A stretch of DNA of 55,739 nucleotides, counting the filler, from Basidioascus undulatus (Eukaryota): assembly GCA_000826855.1 (NCBI GenBank). It is 3 parts of 3 records of this genome, joined end to end, with 100 filler letters (N's around TTAATTAATTAA, not from the genome) between each part and the next. Parts side by side here need not be neighbours in the genome. Positions count along the whole stretch, not along the records: positions 18,634 to 37,158 come from JTLS01000460.1; 2 more parts are not named here. The stretch is one strand, 5' to 3'. Of the stretch, positions 23,160-36,534 are shown piece after piece (within the stretch, counting starts at the first letter, position 1; each line of letters opens with the position of its first letter). Made by a program: the position numbers and the translations under genes. The notes below the pieces were generated by a model. The model worked only from the letters and a program-made list of their open reading frames with translations. It searched no databases and had not been told where the DNA came from.

Positions 23160-23924
23160 ATGCCGTCCGCCGAAGAACTCGACCTCGAGCTCGACGAGGT
23201 CCGCTCCGCCTCCCCCGCGTCCCCCGTGGCCCTGCCCAAGTCTGACGCGTGCACCACGCCCTCACCCCACGCATCCCAGTACGCCTCCGCGCGGGAACGC
23301 GACGTCGACTCGCGCTCCCCCTCCCGCTCGGGCTCTCCCTCGCCAAGCAAGCGCAGACGCGACGACCGGTCGGCCTCCGCGCCCCCGCGCCCTCGCGTGC
23401 GCTCCCCGCCGCGCGGACCGCGTGGGTACGCGAACTCGAACGGCTCGCCCGCGTGTATTGCTCCCCATAGGAGGGACAACTACCGCGACCGCTCGCCTGT
23501 TAGGTTCGGGACGTCGTCGGCCCAGCGACACGCCGGTGGGAGACGAGGCGACTGGCACCCCGAGCGCCGGGGGCCGGGAATGACCACCAAGAGTGCGTTT
23601 CCCTTCCTCCTTCCATCTCCTTTCGTGCCACCTTCCCATCTCCCTCTTAGCGTTCAGCGTTCAGACACTGACAGACGAATGAACGGCTTGGCAGTCCGCA
23701 TCTCCAACCTCCCGCAGGACGACAAGCGCGTATATTCGAAGCTTTCCGCGGAGATTGAGGACGAGTGCGGCGGCTACAAGGACCTCGAGCTGCGGTACAA
23801 GGGCCGCGGAGTCTTCCTAGGCCAGGCGCTCGTCACATTTGAGACGCCCGACGAGGCGAAGGCGGGACGGGACAAGATGCGCAGGAAGAGGCCGGATCTG
23901 AACATCGGGTTCTGGTTCGGTTGA
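23160..23924 (+). CDS. RS/P-rich protein with C-terminal RRM-like domain
   Basis: MPSAEELDLELDE start, an SR-rich segment, then VRISNLP (RNP2-like) and GVFLGQALVTF (RNP1-like). Probable introns near 23199-23279 and 23593-23694. Confidence 0.7.
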   Translation: MPSAEELDLELDEVRSASPASPVALPKSDACTTPSPHASQYASARERDVDSRSPSRSGSPSPSKRRRDDRSASAPPRPRVRSPPRGPRGYANSNGSPACIAPHRRDNYRDRSPVRFGTSSAQRHAGGRRGDWHPERRGPGMTTKSAFPFLLPSPFVPPSHLPLSVQRSDTDRRMNGLAVRISNLPQDDKRVYSKLSAEIEDECGGYKDLELRYKGRGVFLGQALVTFETPDEAKAGRDKMRRKRPDLNIGFWFG

Positions 23925-24926
23925 GGGGGCTGCTTTGGGGTGAGGATAGATGGTCTTGCTCTGCGTTTGTTGGTTAATGTTGGACTGTCTGGGCGGCGCG
24001 AGTCGAGTTGATGCAATGCCGGCTGCGAACATGAAACGGCGTCCCTTTCGTGCGCTGGTTCCCCTGCAAGTGCCATCTGAACTTCTTTGGTTTACATGCC
24101 TCTGTCCTTTACGTGACCTTACGTGCTCCTGACGGCTTAGGAGAACGTAACAGGTCAAGCAAGAAGGTGTTGTGGCGTTGGCCTACTTCCCACGGGGCAG
24201 CGTCGTGGCGGTCCGCACGGTTTTCGGACAGGCAACAAGCAGTCAAAGGCTCAGAACCCACAAGAGCCTTCCTACTTTCAGAGAAATTCATTTCGACCGT
24301 TAGAATGGTACAGTAATGTACATGCCATGCAGTCGTCTTTCGGGCGCTGCTGCACATGTAGCGGTACTCGAGCTTGCTTGCCTGACACCGCGCCTGTTTC
24401 CCCACTGCTGTGTGCGCTCAACAGTGATTGCATCTGCTGAATTCCTCCTGACGCCCGACTGACCTCGCAAAGCTGTCGAGCTGCCGAACCAGTGGTGGCC
24501 TCCCTACGTCCTCAGCGGCCCTACGGCGAGAAAAAATTGTCCCAGGTCAGAGTTTCAGACTGCTGTCGCTGTCAACTCGGAGCTCCAGGTCGCAGTGTGC
24601 CGGGGCATTCGAAGCTCGCATCTCATATATACCGCGTCGTACAATCAGCTACAAACAAGATCGAACCAGCCTGTTATTCACTACTCCCACACCGAGCACC
24701 CACGAGCATCCCACAGCGTGCTGTCCTTCGCAACGCCCATAATCGTCCTCGACATCCCAAGCATATCACACAACTTCCAGTCGAGGTGTGCGACTTAAAT
24801 CTCAGCTGCAGTACTTGGCTTGAGCGGTCGGCGGCTTGGATACCCCTTGTCGGGCAGCCGCGATTTCCGAATGTCTGGAATCGGCGCGTGGCCGTCCTGT
24901 ATTGTCATACGCAGGCGAGCGGAGCG

Positions 24927-25565
24927 TCACCCGTTCCATCGCAGAGGCAGCCGAGGCAAATTCAAGGAGATGCCGTCCAAGTGGATCGGCATTTTCGACG
25001 CCATACACGCACGCAATGAAAAGGTGCTCGACTCAGGAGATGTTGGCCAAGGCGTGGGCCGAACGACGATCAACCGGAAACAGAAAGCCAGCGATGCACA
25101 GCCTGTGCAGGGAGGTTGCATGCCGGGCCTGATGTGAGTGCCCCCCTGGGAGCAACAAGCATGGTGAAGTGTACAGGCTGCCGAGATATGAGGCCGAAAT
25201 ACATGTCGCAAAGGCGTTTGAGGGTGCCGCTCACCGCTCTGAGGACATCGTCGTGCGCGATTCGGTGCTTTGGGCTGTCCCTCACAGACTGCAGCTATGC
25301 TGACGCAGAGCGAGTGAACCATTTGGGCGAAGTCCGCGCGGGACTTGAGAGTGCTCGATAGTTTGAAAATCCCTTTGGATGTTTTGATTGTGATCGACGA
25401 GTAGAGCTGCCGCGAGGCTTCCGGGTAGAGCGAGCGAGAGACGAGGCAGAGGACAGCGAGCATTGCTGTGTCCCGCTTGTACGAGAGCGGATGTGCGGGG
25501 CGAGAGGCGTGTTTAATGATATAAACCAGGACCTCGAACAGTAGCGATGTCGGTCGAGTAGACAT
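24927..25565 (-). pseudogene. F-box-like/LRR-type basidiomycete gene, probably decayed
   Basis: MSTRPTSLLFEVLVYII...LAVLCLVSRSLYPEASRQLYSSITI...LSSTLKSRADFAQMVHSL is typical of F-box-like N-termini. The downstream frame is not coherent and the 3' end is undetermined. Confidence 0.5.
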
Positions 25566-27217
25566 TATGAACAGCCGTGCGGTGTTGAGAGCGCGATGTT
25601 GTGAATGCGATGGTGGTTGATGATGAGCCGAGTTGAAGGTTGAATGTGGGAGCACTTGTCCGTATTTGAGTTGCCAACACGATGGCCTCACAGTGACGTA
25701 GGTTATAGAAAGTTTAAGATTGAATAAAAGGCCGGTCATAAAATAAAAGGGAAACGAAGGAGAACAAGCCTGCCGAAAGTGTGGGAAAATGCTTGACCCG
25801 TGAATCGAACACGGGGCGGGTCGACTTCAAATGGCAACGACCCAGGTTACCACTACCCCAGCCAAGCTATGAGAGTTGGGACAATAATATTTAATCAGCA
25901 ATCAGCAACATGGCACGTCCGGTTGGGCTTCACCCGAACCGGGAGCTCGACGTGTCTTCCTTCTGACCTCCATCTACGCCGTCGAACTCCACCCGATTCT
26001 CACTGACTTCGCACTCGCAAATCTTCCGCCACTTTGTCCATTTTCAGTCGAGCATGTCGAATCCATCAAAGATGATGTAAACACACTTCGATCAGGCCTC
26101 TCGGCCTCGCACCTCTGATTGGATGTTGTCACAGGAAGCAGTTCGCCGTCCTACTGGGCTTGGGCGGCGTGACACTTTACTATGTCAAGTCGAATATCGA
26201 TGATAAGCGTGCAACACTGGTACATCTGTGCTCTAGCGCTGTTCGTGTCGCGGACGAGGGACGAGGCTGACCCAGGCACTGCGACGGGGCATAGCACGAG
26301 GAGCGGAAACGGAAGATGGATCAGGAAGGTGCGTGGAGCGCTCGCTGCGCATTTGCGATACGAATATGAGAGCATGTGGAGATGCCGCGAATAGAGCTGG
26401 ATGGATTGAATCTTTGCTGCACCCATCGCGTTATTCCTGAAGAGCCGCCCGAGGCCCCTTGCGTCTCTTTGCCCTCCATCTCCCACTTGACTCACACAAT
26501 TCTCTGCTCGATTCTTTCGAAGCCTCTGCTTACCTTCTTCCCACCGATCAGGCGGCGTCACATCCATCTCCTCTTACGCTCAATCAACCTCTACACCTTC
26601 CACCGCGCCCCTCCCGCAATCACCGCTCTCTGATCACTCGACGGCCACTCCGCCATCCCGCTCGTGATTATATCGACTTCGTTGTATTTTATGGACATGT
26701 CCAGTACTTTCAGGCTGCATTTCCTCGTTCAACCCAGCACTGCCGTCGCCAGTCCCGAAACGCCTCTATATTATTGCTTCCCACTCGCATTCATTCGCAA
26801 GTGCATGCGGATTATATGCCTTAGTTGCACCTTTTGAAACTCAGGCATTGCTCACACTCTCTGTACGCAGTCTTGCCCGAGCCGATCGTTTCGCCCTACT
26901 CTCACGAGACCGGCAGCCTCGGCCGCTCTCACGTACTCCCCAAACTTCGTCACGCCCGCCTTCTGAAAGATGGGCCAGGTAAACACCTGGGTGCCCCATG
27001 TAATACGCAGCGATGCTGAAGAAATGCTTCCTGCGCCCCGTGAGAGCGTCGAGCTCCTGCAGCGCGATAAGCAGCTCCTGAAAGTCCGGCGGACGACTGT
27101 TGGAATGCTGGAGCGAAGCTGACGGCAGGAATGGGGCTGCGTGGATCGCCAATGCTGGGAAAGCTGGGTTGGTTGGCGGTGCGCGTGCCGGCGAGGACGG
27201 AGGGCTGGCGAGATCGA

Positions 27218-27830
27218 TCAGCGCGCCATTATCGCCGCAGTCGTGCGCGGGCCAGAACCACGTCCTCCGTCCAGCAGTGAGTCTCGCTGCCTAGACGTCG
27301 GAAGCTTTGGCTTGTGCCACCAGGCGGAAACAGCGTAAGCGAAATTGCGGTCGCCGGAGACGAGGACGATGGTGGATGGCCGCGCGTGGTCGGCAACGAA
27401 CAGCAGCATGTCCAATTCCAAGAGGCAGGAGTATCGGCGTATAGCTTCGTCAACCACCACGCCTAAAGATCAGATACCCAAGATGGTTTTGTCCGCAACC
27501 TGGACATCAGCTCGAGGGTCAGCTGTCGGAGGCGCTTGACTGTTGCCAGCGGTGAGAAGGAAATGGCTCACGTCTGTATAGGAGCACCCATCGGAACGTC
27601 CCAGCTTTGGACACTCAACGAGAGTTACCCTGGCCGCATGTAGGGCGTGGCAGACATTGTGCGGAGGTCCAGGCTTCATTCGGCTCCTTTCGAAGTAGGC
27701 TTGGAATGATACGAGCGGGCCGTGAGCAGTCCCGATGTTGCGAAGGCGCTCGACGACACTGTGAAGGGCGGGATTCGGCGAGGGGCCAGTTCTTACGAGA
27801 GGGCGAGATGTCAGGGAGTAAGAGGCTGCC
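27218..27830 (-). pseudogene. NYN (LabA/DUF537, PIN-like) domain gene, likely degenerate
   Basis: RVTLVECPKLGRSD, VADKTIL and DMLLFVADHARPSTIVLVSGDRNFAYAVS match NYN motifs. The N-terminal FWDYENC motif is not intact. Confidence 0.6.
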
Positions 27831-29138
27831 GTCCGGCCGAGACGATGAGGGAAGAGAACGAACTTCGAAGTCCCCGAAGCTGTAAACACTTCTTTCTCAG
27901 CGTTGCACCGCCACTCCAAGCTTGACGAGACACTCACACCGCAACATGACTTCTACCTCCTGCTCCATCAGAGGCCACAACGGTCTCCGGCAGCGGAAGG
28001 CCTTCCTCCCGAGTAGTGGGCAGCTTTACTTTTTCACGGCGAGGAACGACCCAATGGAAGACCTTGAGAACAAGCTCGAAAGCTCTGGAGACCAGTGCTT
28101 GTAGAAGACGAGGCATTGCATGAGCACGGGAAGTACTGGTCGTGGTTCAATGGCAAGGACCTTGAAGCACCTTGGCAAGGCACGCACCGTGGCGAAGACA
28201 AATAAGCACCCATACAACTATTGATAACCAAGCAAACCTAGACCCATCTAAAAGACAAGTGAAGCAGGGCTATGCCAAAGTTCGTCGCGGTGTCTGGTTC
28301 CCTCGATACATGATCGTTGGTATGGAGGACCCATTCGGCTCATTTTGGGGAGGGTGGTTATAACTTAGGAGATATTAAGTAAATATTTGGCCCCCTTTTT
28401 TATTCGGCGCAATGGAGCTGTAGATCTATTTACTTGCTGGATATACGTGTTGAGGAGCTTTGCATGCTGTGTTGATTCATACGGTGGCCCCGTTCTGACC
28501 TCGAAGATTTACGGGTGCTCGACGATGCGCTGTCGGCACTTAATGAGGTTGCTTCTTCCTGTTGTCCTTCCTTCACACGCGCACTCATCCACGCACCACA
28601 CATCTCACTTCGAGCGCTCATCTCCTCACTTTCCCTAACCGTCTAATGGCCACGTTTACGTGCTTCGCGGTCGCTGATGTGCGGTGCGGAGCTCCGTCCC
28701 ACTCTGGGTGATGTATAAAGCCAGAGCCTCCACCAACGGATAACAGTTGACGTCTGTCCACCTATGCACCCTGGAGACGTCTTGAGTGACGCTGCCTACC
28801 GTGCGAAGCGTGGGCGGTGTTGGCGGTCCCGTGTCTTCACAAAAACAACTGTCACGGCCTCGACACAGCACCTTGTCTTGACCTTCTTCCAAGCAAAGCC
28901 TAGACGATCTACCTGCTCACATGTCCGTTCTGCACTGCATTGGTCCGGCTGTCGACGGCATTTGAGCAGCCAGAGCCGCAACAGCGTTTGCCAAGCTCAC
29001 GTGTATACCCGCCCCTTCGCCCAGGTCAGCAATCGAGCCGTCTGGCAGCCAGACCAGTCGTATAATGCGGCGAAGTCGACTGCTTTGCGAGGTTTCCCCC
29101 TATCTTCCATTACTGCAAAACCACGTATAAGAAGAGAA

Positions 29139-32100
29139 ATGAACGAAAAGAGCCGGGACGACCTCAAGGCCGAGTCGCCGACTCACCTGGAGCACACCGG
29201 CGTCGTAATAACGGAGGATGGTATCAGCAATGAGCGGAGGAAGTATCTCGAGAAAAAGATCAAGCGACGTCTCGATAGTGAGTCCGTCCTTGTTGGGTGA
29301 TGGTTGTTCAACGCTGAATACAACGGGTTGGTGGCGCCGACAGCCTGGCTGTGAGTGCTTGTTTTGCTGTGCCCCCATGCCGAGAGGGCCGAGCAAGCGC
29401 TGACTTCCTTTCCAGCATGCCAACCTTGATTGTTGTCTTCATTATGAACTACAGTGAGATTGAACATTTGCATTTGAGTCTGCATGCGGTGTTCAGCCAA
29501 CACTCTTCACAGTCGATCGCAACAATGTTTCGGCGGCCCGCTTGCGAGGATTGGAGGAGGACCTGAGTCTCACGACTGTGCAATATGAATCGTACGCTAT
29601 CCCTATATTATATGTTTCATGAAATTTTGAACTGAACTCAACCGGTGACTAGGACGATATCCATCCTTTACGCCTCGTAAGTGCCTCCGCAAGCTACATC
29701 AAGCCCGTTGACGGAGGGCTAACAACCCTTCTGCTAGCTACATCGTTTGCCAGGTCCGTGAGAGAAGAATATAGAGTGAAGCCTTAAGTACTAACAACGG
29801 TACTGTGTGCGTCAGGTGCCATCCAACGTCAGTAAGTCTGACGACGACGTCACGCCGCGGAGGTGTGCAATGATAAGCCGCCTTGCTGATAGCTGAGTTA
29901 TACCTACAGTTCTGAACTACGTTTCACGGTGAGTTCAGGAGCTCTATCAATCTCCCGAGAAACTGTCAGAACCCATCTCTCACGCTTGCGAGGCAGTCCC
30001 GGCATTTATATGGGCTGCGCGGTGCGTAGCAATCGACAGTTGTGCATTAGTCAGGCAGCTTTGCTGAGCCCTGCATCCTCAGATTGTCTGCTGGGGTACT
30101 ATCAGCGCGCAAGTCGTGGGGATGGACGAACTGAACTGGATTGAATGCAAACTTACCAGTGTAATTCCATTCGCAGTCTGACTGGCGCTACCCACAATTT
30201 CTGGCAGATCGCACTTTGTCGGATCGCCATTGGTATCCCTGAGGCCGCGTGAGCGCATCGTCAATACATCAGAATGAAACAAGGAAGAGCGTTTTACATG
30301 CTTCTAAACAGATTTTATCCTGGAGCTGTCTACATCCTTTCGAGGTGGTACACTAAGAAGGTACCGTGTATCCCAAACTTTTGTTGGTGACGTTGTGCTT
30401 ATGGAGGCTCATCTACAGGAACTGGCATTCCGCTCAGCTTTGCTGTGAGAGATCCTTCCTGTCTTTCTTCGGTGTAATGGTACATGTCTAATGGGCTCCC
30501 CATCCAGCTACGTTGGTTTGCTGTGAGCGTGTCTTTTTGACCAGTCGGTGGAATACGTCAACTTACGGTGCAATTGTCGTTCAGGATAAGCAATGCGTTT
30601 GGAAGTTTGATGGCTGTAAAGAACATTCACATTCACTCATAAAGTACCGTACTTATTTGGGGAGGGAGCGCACAGGCTGGAATCCTCGACCAAATGGAGG
30701 GCAAGTTGGGGGTTCGTGCTTGGAGATGGGTGAGCCTTCCAATAGTTTTCCATACGCCTCTGAAATAATTTAACAATGTCTTGGGTGGGTTGCGGAAGCT
30801 CTTCTATATCGAAGGTATGTGAACGTGACGGATACTCTGGCAACGTGTATGGAGCTTGGCTAAGCGCATGCATCAGGCGCCATTACTATCGCCATTGGAT
30901 TCATTGCCATGTATGTGGTGAAATATTCCTGATAAATTGTAGGAGTCTGACTTTGAGCTGTAGGTACACCATGCCGGATTACCCACACAACTGCCGGTGG
31001 TTCACTCTGGAGGAACGTCTGGTCGCTCAGCAGCGTCTGGCGGAGGACGGTGGTGAGGCGGACGTGGATGGTGAGTATTTAAATTGCCAGACTTGACTAA
31101 TTAACTAACCTGGAGCTTTATGCAGGCGCCACTGACACGGCTCTCAGGGGACTAAAGATGGCGTGGACAGATCGCAAAGGTGCATTATCTGCGTTGGTGA
31201 CGGAAGTGACAAACGTGCTGACCTCTTAACTTTCCAATTCGTAGTTCTACTTCTTATGACGATGAACTTCGGTAAGCATGAGCTCCGGTATCGACGGCTT
31301 AGAAAGCCAGCTCCATCGCCGTGCCAATCGCTAACACTGCGTCGGGGCAGGGCAACTCTTGGCACTGTCTCACGTCAACTTCTTCCCGACCCTCACTCGT
31401 AAGCAGAATACAGTGAGGAGGTAACAAGAGAAAGTCAAAATTGACTGACTATACCGTTGTTCTCCAGAAACCCTGGGCTACTCGAGGACCGTCACGCTCC
31501 TCCTCTGTGCTCCGCCGTGGATCTTCGCTTCCCTCGTGAGTTGGTCGGAACCACCAGGTGCATGGAGAGACACTAAAAATTCCCCAAAGGTCTGCGTTCT
31601 CAATGCATTGCACTCAGACTTCAAGCAGGAAAGGTTCTTCCATATCTCGTGGAACTGGTACGTGGGCTGCCCTTCTCTGCGCTCGCCCATGTGCTGACCA
31701 GTCTGTTACAGGTGGGCTGTCATGATTGGATACGTGATCGCCATGAGTTCCCAGGCGATTGGGGCCCGATACGTGTCCCTCTTCCTGCTGGCCAATGGGT
31801 ACAGCGGCTTCGCTCTTACGGCTGTGTAGGTCGAGTTCGGCGGCTGGTGAAGAGCTGGTTGGCTAAATCCTTCGTATTTCCAGTTGGGTATCAAGCACAA
31901 TCCATCGCCCGACTGTTAAGCGCGCGGCCGCAATCGGTAACAATGCAATTTCAGTGTGCATACTTGAGCTCACACTGTCCTGATCTGGCCGCAGGGAGCG
32001 TCAAGTAAGCAAACCGTTGTAGTGGGCAACTTGCAGTGTGCATGCGAGAGCTCACGCCTGTTCTCCTTTCCCACAGTGCCATCGGAAACCTGGTTCGTGA

Positions 32101-32621
32101 TGAGCAGTAAAATATTCAAGATATCTCACTGACATGGAAACCTTTAATCAGGGTAACCTTGTTGGCGTGCGTCCCTTCATTCAGCCACCTTAGAAACACT
32201 CCCTAACGCTTCTTATCATCCTACCAGAGCTACGTCTGGAACGTCCGTTGGGGACCGACATACCGCAACTCGATGGCGATAGGTATAGCGGGCATTTCCG
32301 TGGCCATGGTCCTGGGTTTCAGTGAGTGACCTCGTTCTACAGCATCGCAAGACGCAGCGGTCTGAAAACGCGCACAGTTATCCGTCGCGACCTCGACCGC
32401 CTCAACAGGAAGCTGGACGGGGCAGAGGCGACCGAGCCTGCTGAGAATGCTGTCGCGAACGCGGGCACGCAGGAGCGCGTCGAGACCGCTGCGAAGCTCG
32501 AGGGCGTCAGTGTGGAGGAGGCCATTGCGAGGAAGCGCGGTGAGCACCTTCCCCGACCGGGTCTCGCTCGACGCCTCTCTCATACTCTCTTGGGACCTCA
32601 GGCTTCCGCTACGTACTGTGA
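29139..32621 (+). CDS. MFS transporter, anion:cation symporter (DAL5/TNA1-like) family, highly intron-fragmented
   Basis: Spliced: KIKRRLDTWLMPTLIVVFIMNYIDRNNVSAARLRGLEEDL..ISILYASYIVCQVPSN, FYPGAVYILSRWYTKKEL, GWRW..IEG, MPDYPHNCRWFTLEER, NFFPTL, APPW, ending GFRYVL*. Confidence 0.9.
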
Positions 32622-32987
32622 AATTTTATGCGGTATCAAGCTCGATTTTAGGGAGATGCTGGCGGTCATTGAGCGGGGAGGGAGAAAGGGAAACGCGACC
32701 GGAACGACAGAACGGGGACTGCTGAAGTGTTTGTTTGATTTTCGAGTCTGAAGTATACAATGAGCTTAGGTGCAGCAGATGATTCTTTCTGAAGAGTCCT
32801 ACCTCGTTGCTCAATTGGACATAATCGATGGAGCCAACCGCCAAAGCTTGTGCTGCAGACTGCAGCGGGACGTCGCTGGCCGGCACTTAAGGAACCAAGC
32901 CCGACACACTCACGAATGAGCAGTTTGACAGCAAACTGCGACAGAGAATAACGCAAAGGTATGATGCAACACCTCAGGCCGAAACGT

Positions 32988-35900
32988 CTACATCCATCGC
33001 CGACTGCGTCTCCGCCTTCGCGGACTGGTCCAGCAAGTACTGGAGCGTGAACGTGTTGTCCTCCGTTCTGCGCACATGCTCGATGTCAACAACGAGTCCC
33101 TAGATGCACGAAAGAGAGAAACAAGTTCTCGACTCACATCCTGGCCACGTCCCTCTGCCACTCTCCCAAGCCCTTCTGCACCGCCCGGAGTGGGGCGGCG
33201 AACTCGCCCTGGCGGTCCCTCAGCACGCGGCCGTGCGCGCTGAGGAGCGCGCCGACCCAGAGAAGGTCGTACTCGAGGTGCACGCTGCGCTCCATGTGCT
33301 TCCCCAAAAACCCAAGAAGGCGGTCGAGGTACACGACGGGGAGCTGGCGCGCGACGAGGCGGACGTCGGAGGGGGGCACGGCAACATAGCACGCCTCGAT
33401 GAGCTGGGGGTCGTTCAGCCGGAAGGCGAGCACGAGCGCGGGGAGGTACTCCCTCTTCGCGAGGGTGTCGCGCACCGCCGCGGGCGTGAGGTCGATGTCG
33501 AGGTCGAACGGATCGAAGAGGACGGACTCGTCGAGCGAGTAGATGAGCAGGCCCTCCGTGCTCGCTGCCGCCCAGGCGCGGCCAGTCGGCGCAAAGCGCA
33601 CGCACTTCGTCCGCGCATCCGGGCGGTACTTGCGGCGGGAGAGGTCGCCCTTCTGCGCGCCGGGGAGGGTGACGTCGAGCCGGTCCTCGAGGTCCGACTC
33701 GTCGCCCATCGGCGCACCGCCGTCGAGCGGCGTCCCGTCCTCGCCCACCATCCGCGAGTCCAGCATCTCCTGCGTCCCGTCCAGGGCGAGGTTCTGAGAG
33801 ATCTCAAACTTCTTGACCGCCACGCCCTCGCGTACGTCGTACAGCAGGACATACTTGCTGTTCCCGCCCGCGAGGATGCACGACCCGTCCGCCGTGTACG
33901 TGAGGGAATTGAAGCTCTTGCCCGAACCGCTGTTGGCCGCAGTCGTGCGGTCGTCGAAGCGCCGCCCGCCAGAGACGTCCTTCCGCCCCTCGATCAGCCC
34001 CGTCTGCTTCCCGAGGTCGACGTCCCAGAACGAGATCTGCCCGTCCAGCGTCGACGCCGCGACCTGCTTCCCGTCCGGACGGAACGCGATCGCGAGCACG
34101 TCCGAGTTAAGCGCGAACGGCTCGACCGCGCGCGACCGCCCGTACACGTCCCAGACCCGGATCGTCCGGTCCCACGAGGCGGAGGCGAGGCGGTTGCCCG
34201 AGGGGGAGAAGGCGAGGCCGGAGACGGGCCCCTCGTGCCCGGTGAGGACGTCGAGGAGCTTGCCCGTCTGCACGGACCACATGAAGATCTCGAACGAGTC
34301 CGTGGAGCCCGCGGCAACGACATCCCCGGACGGGTCGACGGCGAGGGACGAAAACTGGACGGGGCTGGGCGACGTGAAGGTGCGGAAGTTGCGGTACCTG
34401 ACGAGGTCGAACGCGCGCACGGTCCCGTCCAGGGACGCGGAGAAGAGGACGCGGCCCTGCTTGGCGAACTCGACGGTGGACACGGCGGAGGAGTGCTCCC
34501 CGAACGTGACGGAGCAGAAGCCGGTGGTGGTGTTCCAGACCTTGACCTTGCCGTCGTCCCCGCCGGTCGCGACGACCTGCCCGTCGGGGGCGAACGCCAG
34601 GGCGTTCATGTCGTAGAAGTGGCCCTGCTGCTTGAGGACGTAGCTCTCGGACTGCCACTCCCAGACGAGGAGCTGGCCGAGCTTGCGCGCGCCGAACGCG
34701 AGCCACTCGCCAGACGCGTTCACCGCCACGCTCTCGATCTTCTCCTGCGAGATCGACAGCGTGTGCACGTTCGTGAACGACGGCAGTTCCCACAGCCCGA
34801 AGACGCCCGAGGAGAACCCGACGACGAGGAGCGAGCTCCGCGGGTGGAACGTCGTGCATACTACGCGCGTCGCGGGCAGGTTGAAGTAGTGCCGGGAGGA
34901 GATCCCCCACCGTGTGTAAGCGATCGCGTTCGGCCCCGTGGGCGCGGAGGGGCCCGGCGCGGACGCGTCGCTGTCGTCCGAGTCTTCGGCTGACGCATCC
35001 AGCTTCGCAGTCCAGGTGAAGACCGCGCCGTCACGGCTGACGGTATAGATCTGTGGGAGAAGTTCTCAACATTGAGCGGTAGGAAAGTAAAGGCAGGAAG
35101 GGAACACGAACCGTCTTGCTATCCTCCGAGAAATACGCATTGACCACCCGGTCGCGGTGACCCGCGAACGTCTTCGGGCGGTAGCCCTCGAGCGGGTCGA
35201 GCGTGAACAAGCGCGCTGTCATGTCGCGCGAGGTGGTGAGGAAGAATCTGCCGAGGGAACCACGATGAGCCAACTTGTCCTGCACCTGCGACCGCCCGAG
35301 GGGACACGCACTTGGAGCAGGGCGACCACCGGATGCTGAGGACCTCGTCAAAGTGCGAGGTGTACGTGCGGTGGAGGACCATGGGCGCGAACTCGCGGAT
35401 GAGGTACGACGGCGTACGCCACACTTGGACGTGGTTCCCGTGCGTTACGGCGATGTATCTGCAGGAGAGGTCAGTATGAGCTGTGGGAGAGGCGAAGAGG
35501 ACGAGAGGACGAGACGCGCTTTCCGTCGGCTGAGAACTGGATGTCCCGCACGGGCTTGCCGAAGGTGTGGTGGTGCAGGACGGTGCGGCGGCGGTAGTTG
35601 ACGAGGAGGGCGCGGCCATCTGGGATGCGGGGTGTGTGGATCGCTCAGCTACGCCCTTTCGCCTCCCAGAACAGCAAGCACTCACCGTCATCCACGCTGA
35701 TCAGCACCCGCCCATCAGGACTCAACGCAATGCGCGCGATGTTCTTGCGGTTCTGAAACGGGAACGTGAAGCTCTTGTTGCTGTTTACGCATCCCTCTCA
35801 TCCCGTCAGCCTCGCCTCCCTCCCGTCCTCGCTGACGCTAGGGGTGGAAGACGCACTTGACGAGATCGAACACCGACACCCTGTTTCCCACGGGGCTGAG

Positions 35901-36048
35901 GACGGAGTTGCCGTCCGCGGTGAAGACGACGTTGCCCTGGCGGTAGACTGTCCCGCACAGGTTCGAGAACTGCGGGAGAGGAGCGGATGAGCATGATGGC
36001 GAGGGGAGGTTGGGAAGGCGAGGGGCGGACTTGGAAGTTGGACTTCAT
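32988..36048 (-). CDS. PWP2: Periodic tryptophan protein 2 (Utp1), WD40 SSU-processome subunit
   Basis: MKSNFQFSNLCGTVYRQGNVVFT..LSPVGNRV, LGQLLVWEWQSESYVLKQQGH, DGTVRAFDLVRYRNFRTF, WAAASTEGLLIYSLD, FDPFDLDIDLTP. Confidence 0.97.
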
Positions 36049-36534
36049 CGCTACGGCGAGATACGCGGGGAGCGATCCGCGATGAGTTCGAAAGCGATTA
36101 TTGAGTGGGTTCGAATCGAAAGGTGAGCGTGAGTGGGTTCGTGAGAGCGTTGCGAGAGACGAAAGTGAGGTTCAAGCTGGACGGGCGAGGAAGACGTCCA
36201 AAATTCCCCCTTGGTCGCGCGCTACTGATCTGTCAAGAAGCGCCAAACTACGCAGGGCTCGCTTGCTGTCTCCGTTTCACCCGGCTTTCCGCAAAGCTTG
36301 ATATATGTTGATTATGCAGAAAAATTAAGATCGCAAGTGCGTAGTGAGGAACACACTGTGTTTGAGCCTGAAATCCTCGCCCACCTCGACAGCAGCAGCG
36401 ACACGTGAAAGGCAAGCGCGCCTGCTCTTGCGACCGACAGGGGCTCGGGCCCTCCTCTGGTCCGTGCGGTCTGCCTCTCCTGCTTGCTGTTCAACCCACA
36501 CAACCCACCATCCTCTCCATCACTCCCACCTCCC

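Noticed and set aside
33104..34993. 629-aa plus-strand ORF
   Set aside because: Antisense shadow of the high-GC3 PWP2 exon, with no domain-like content
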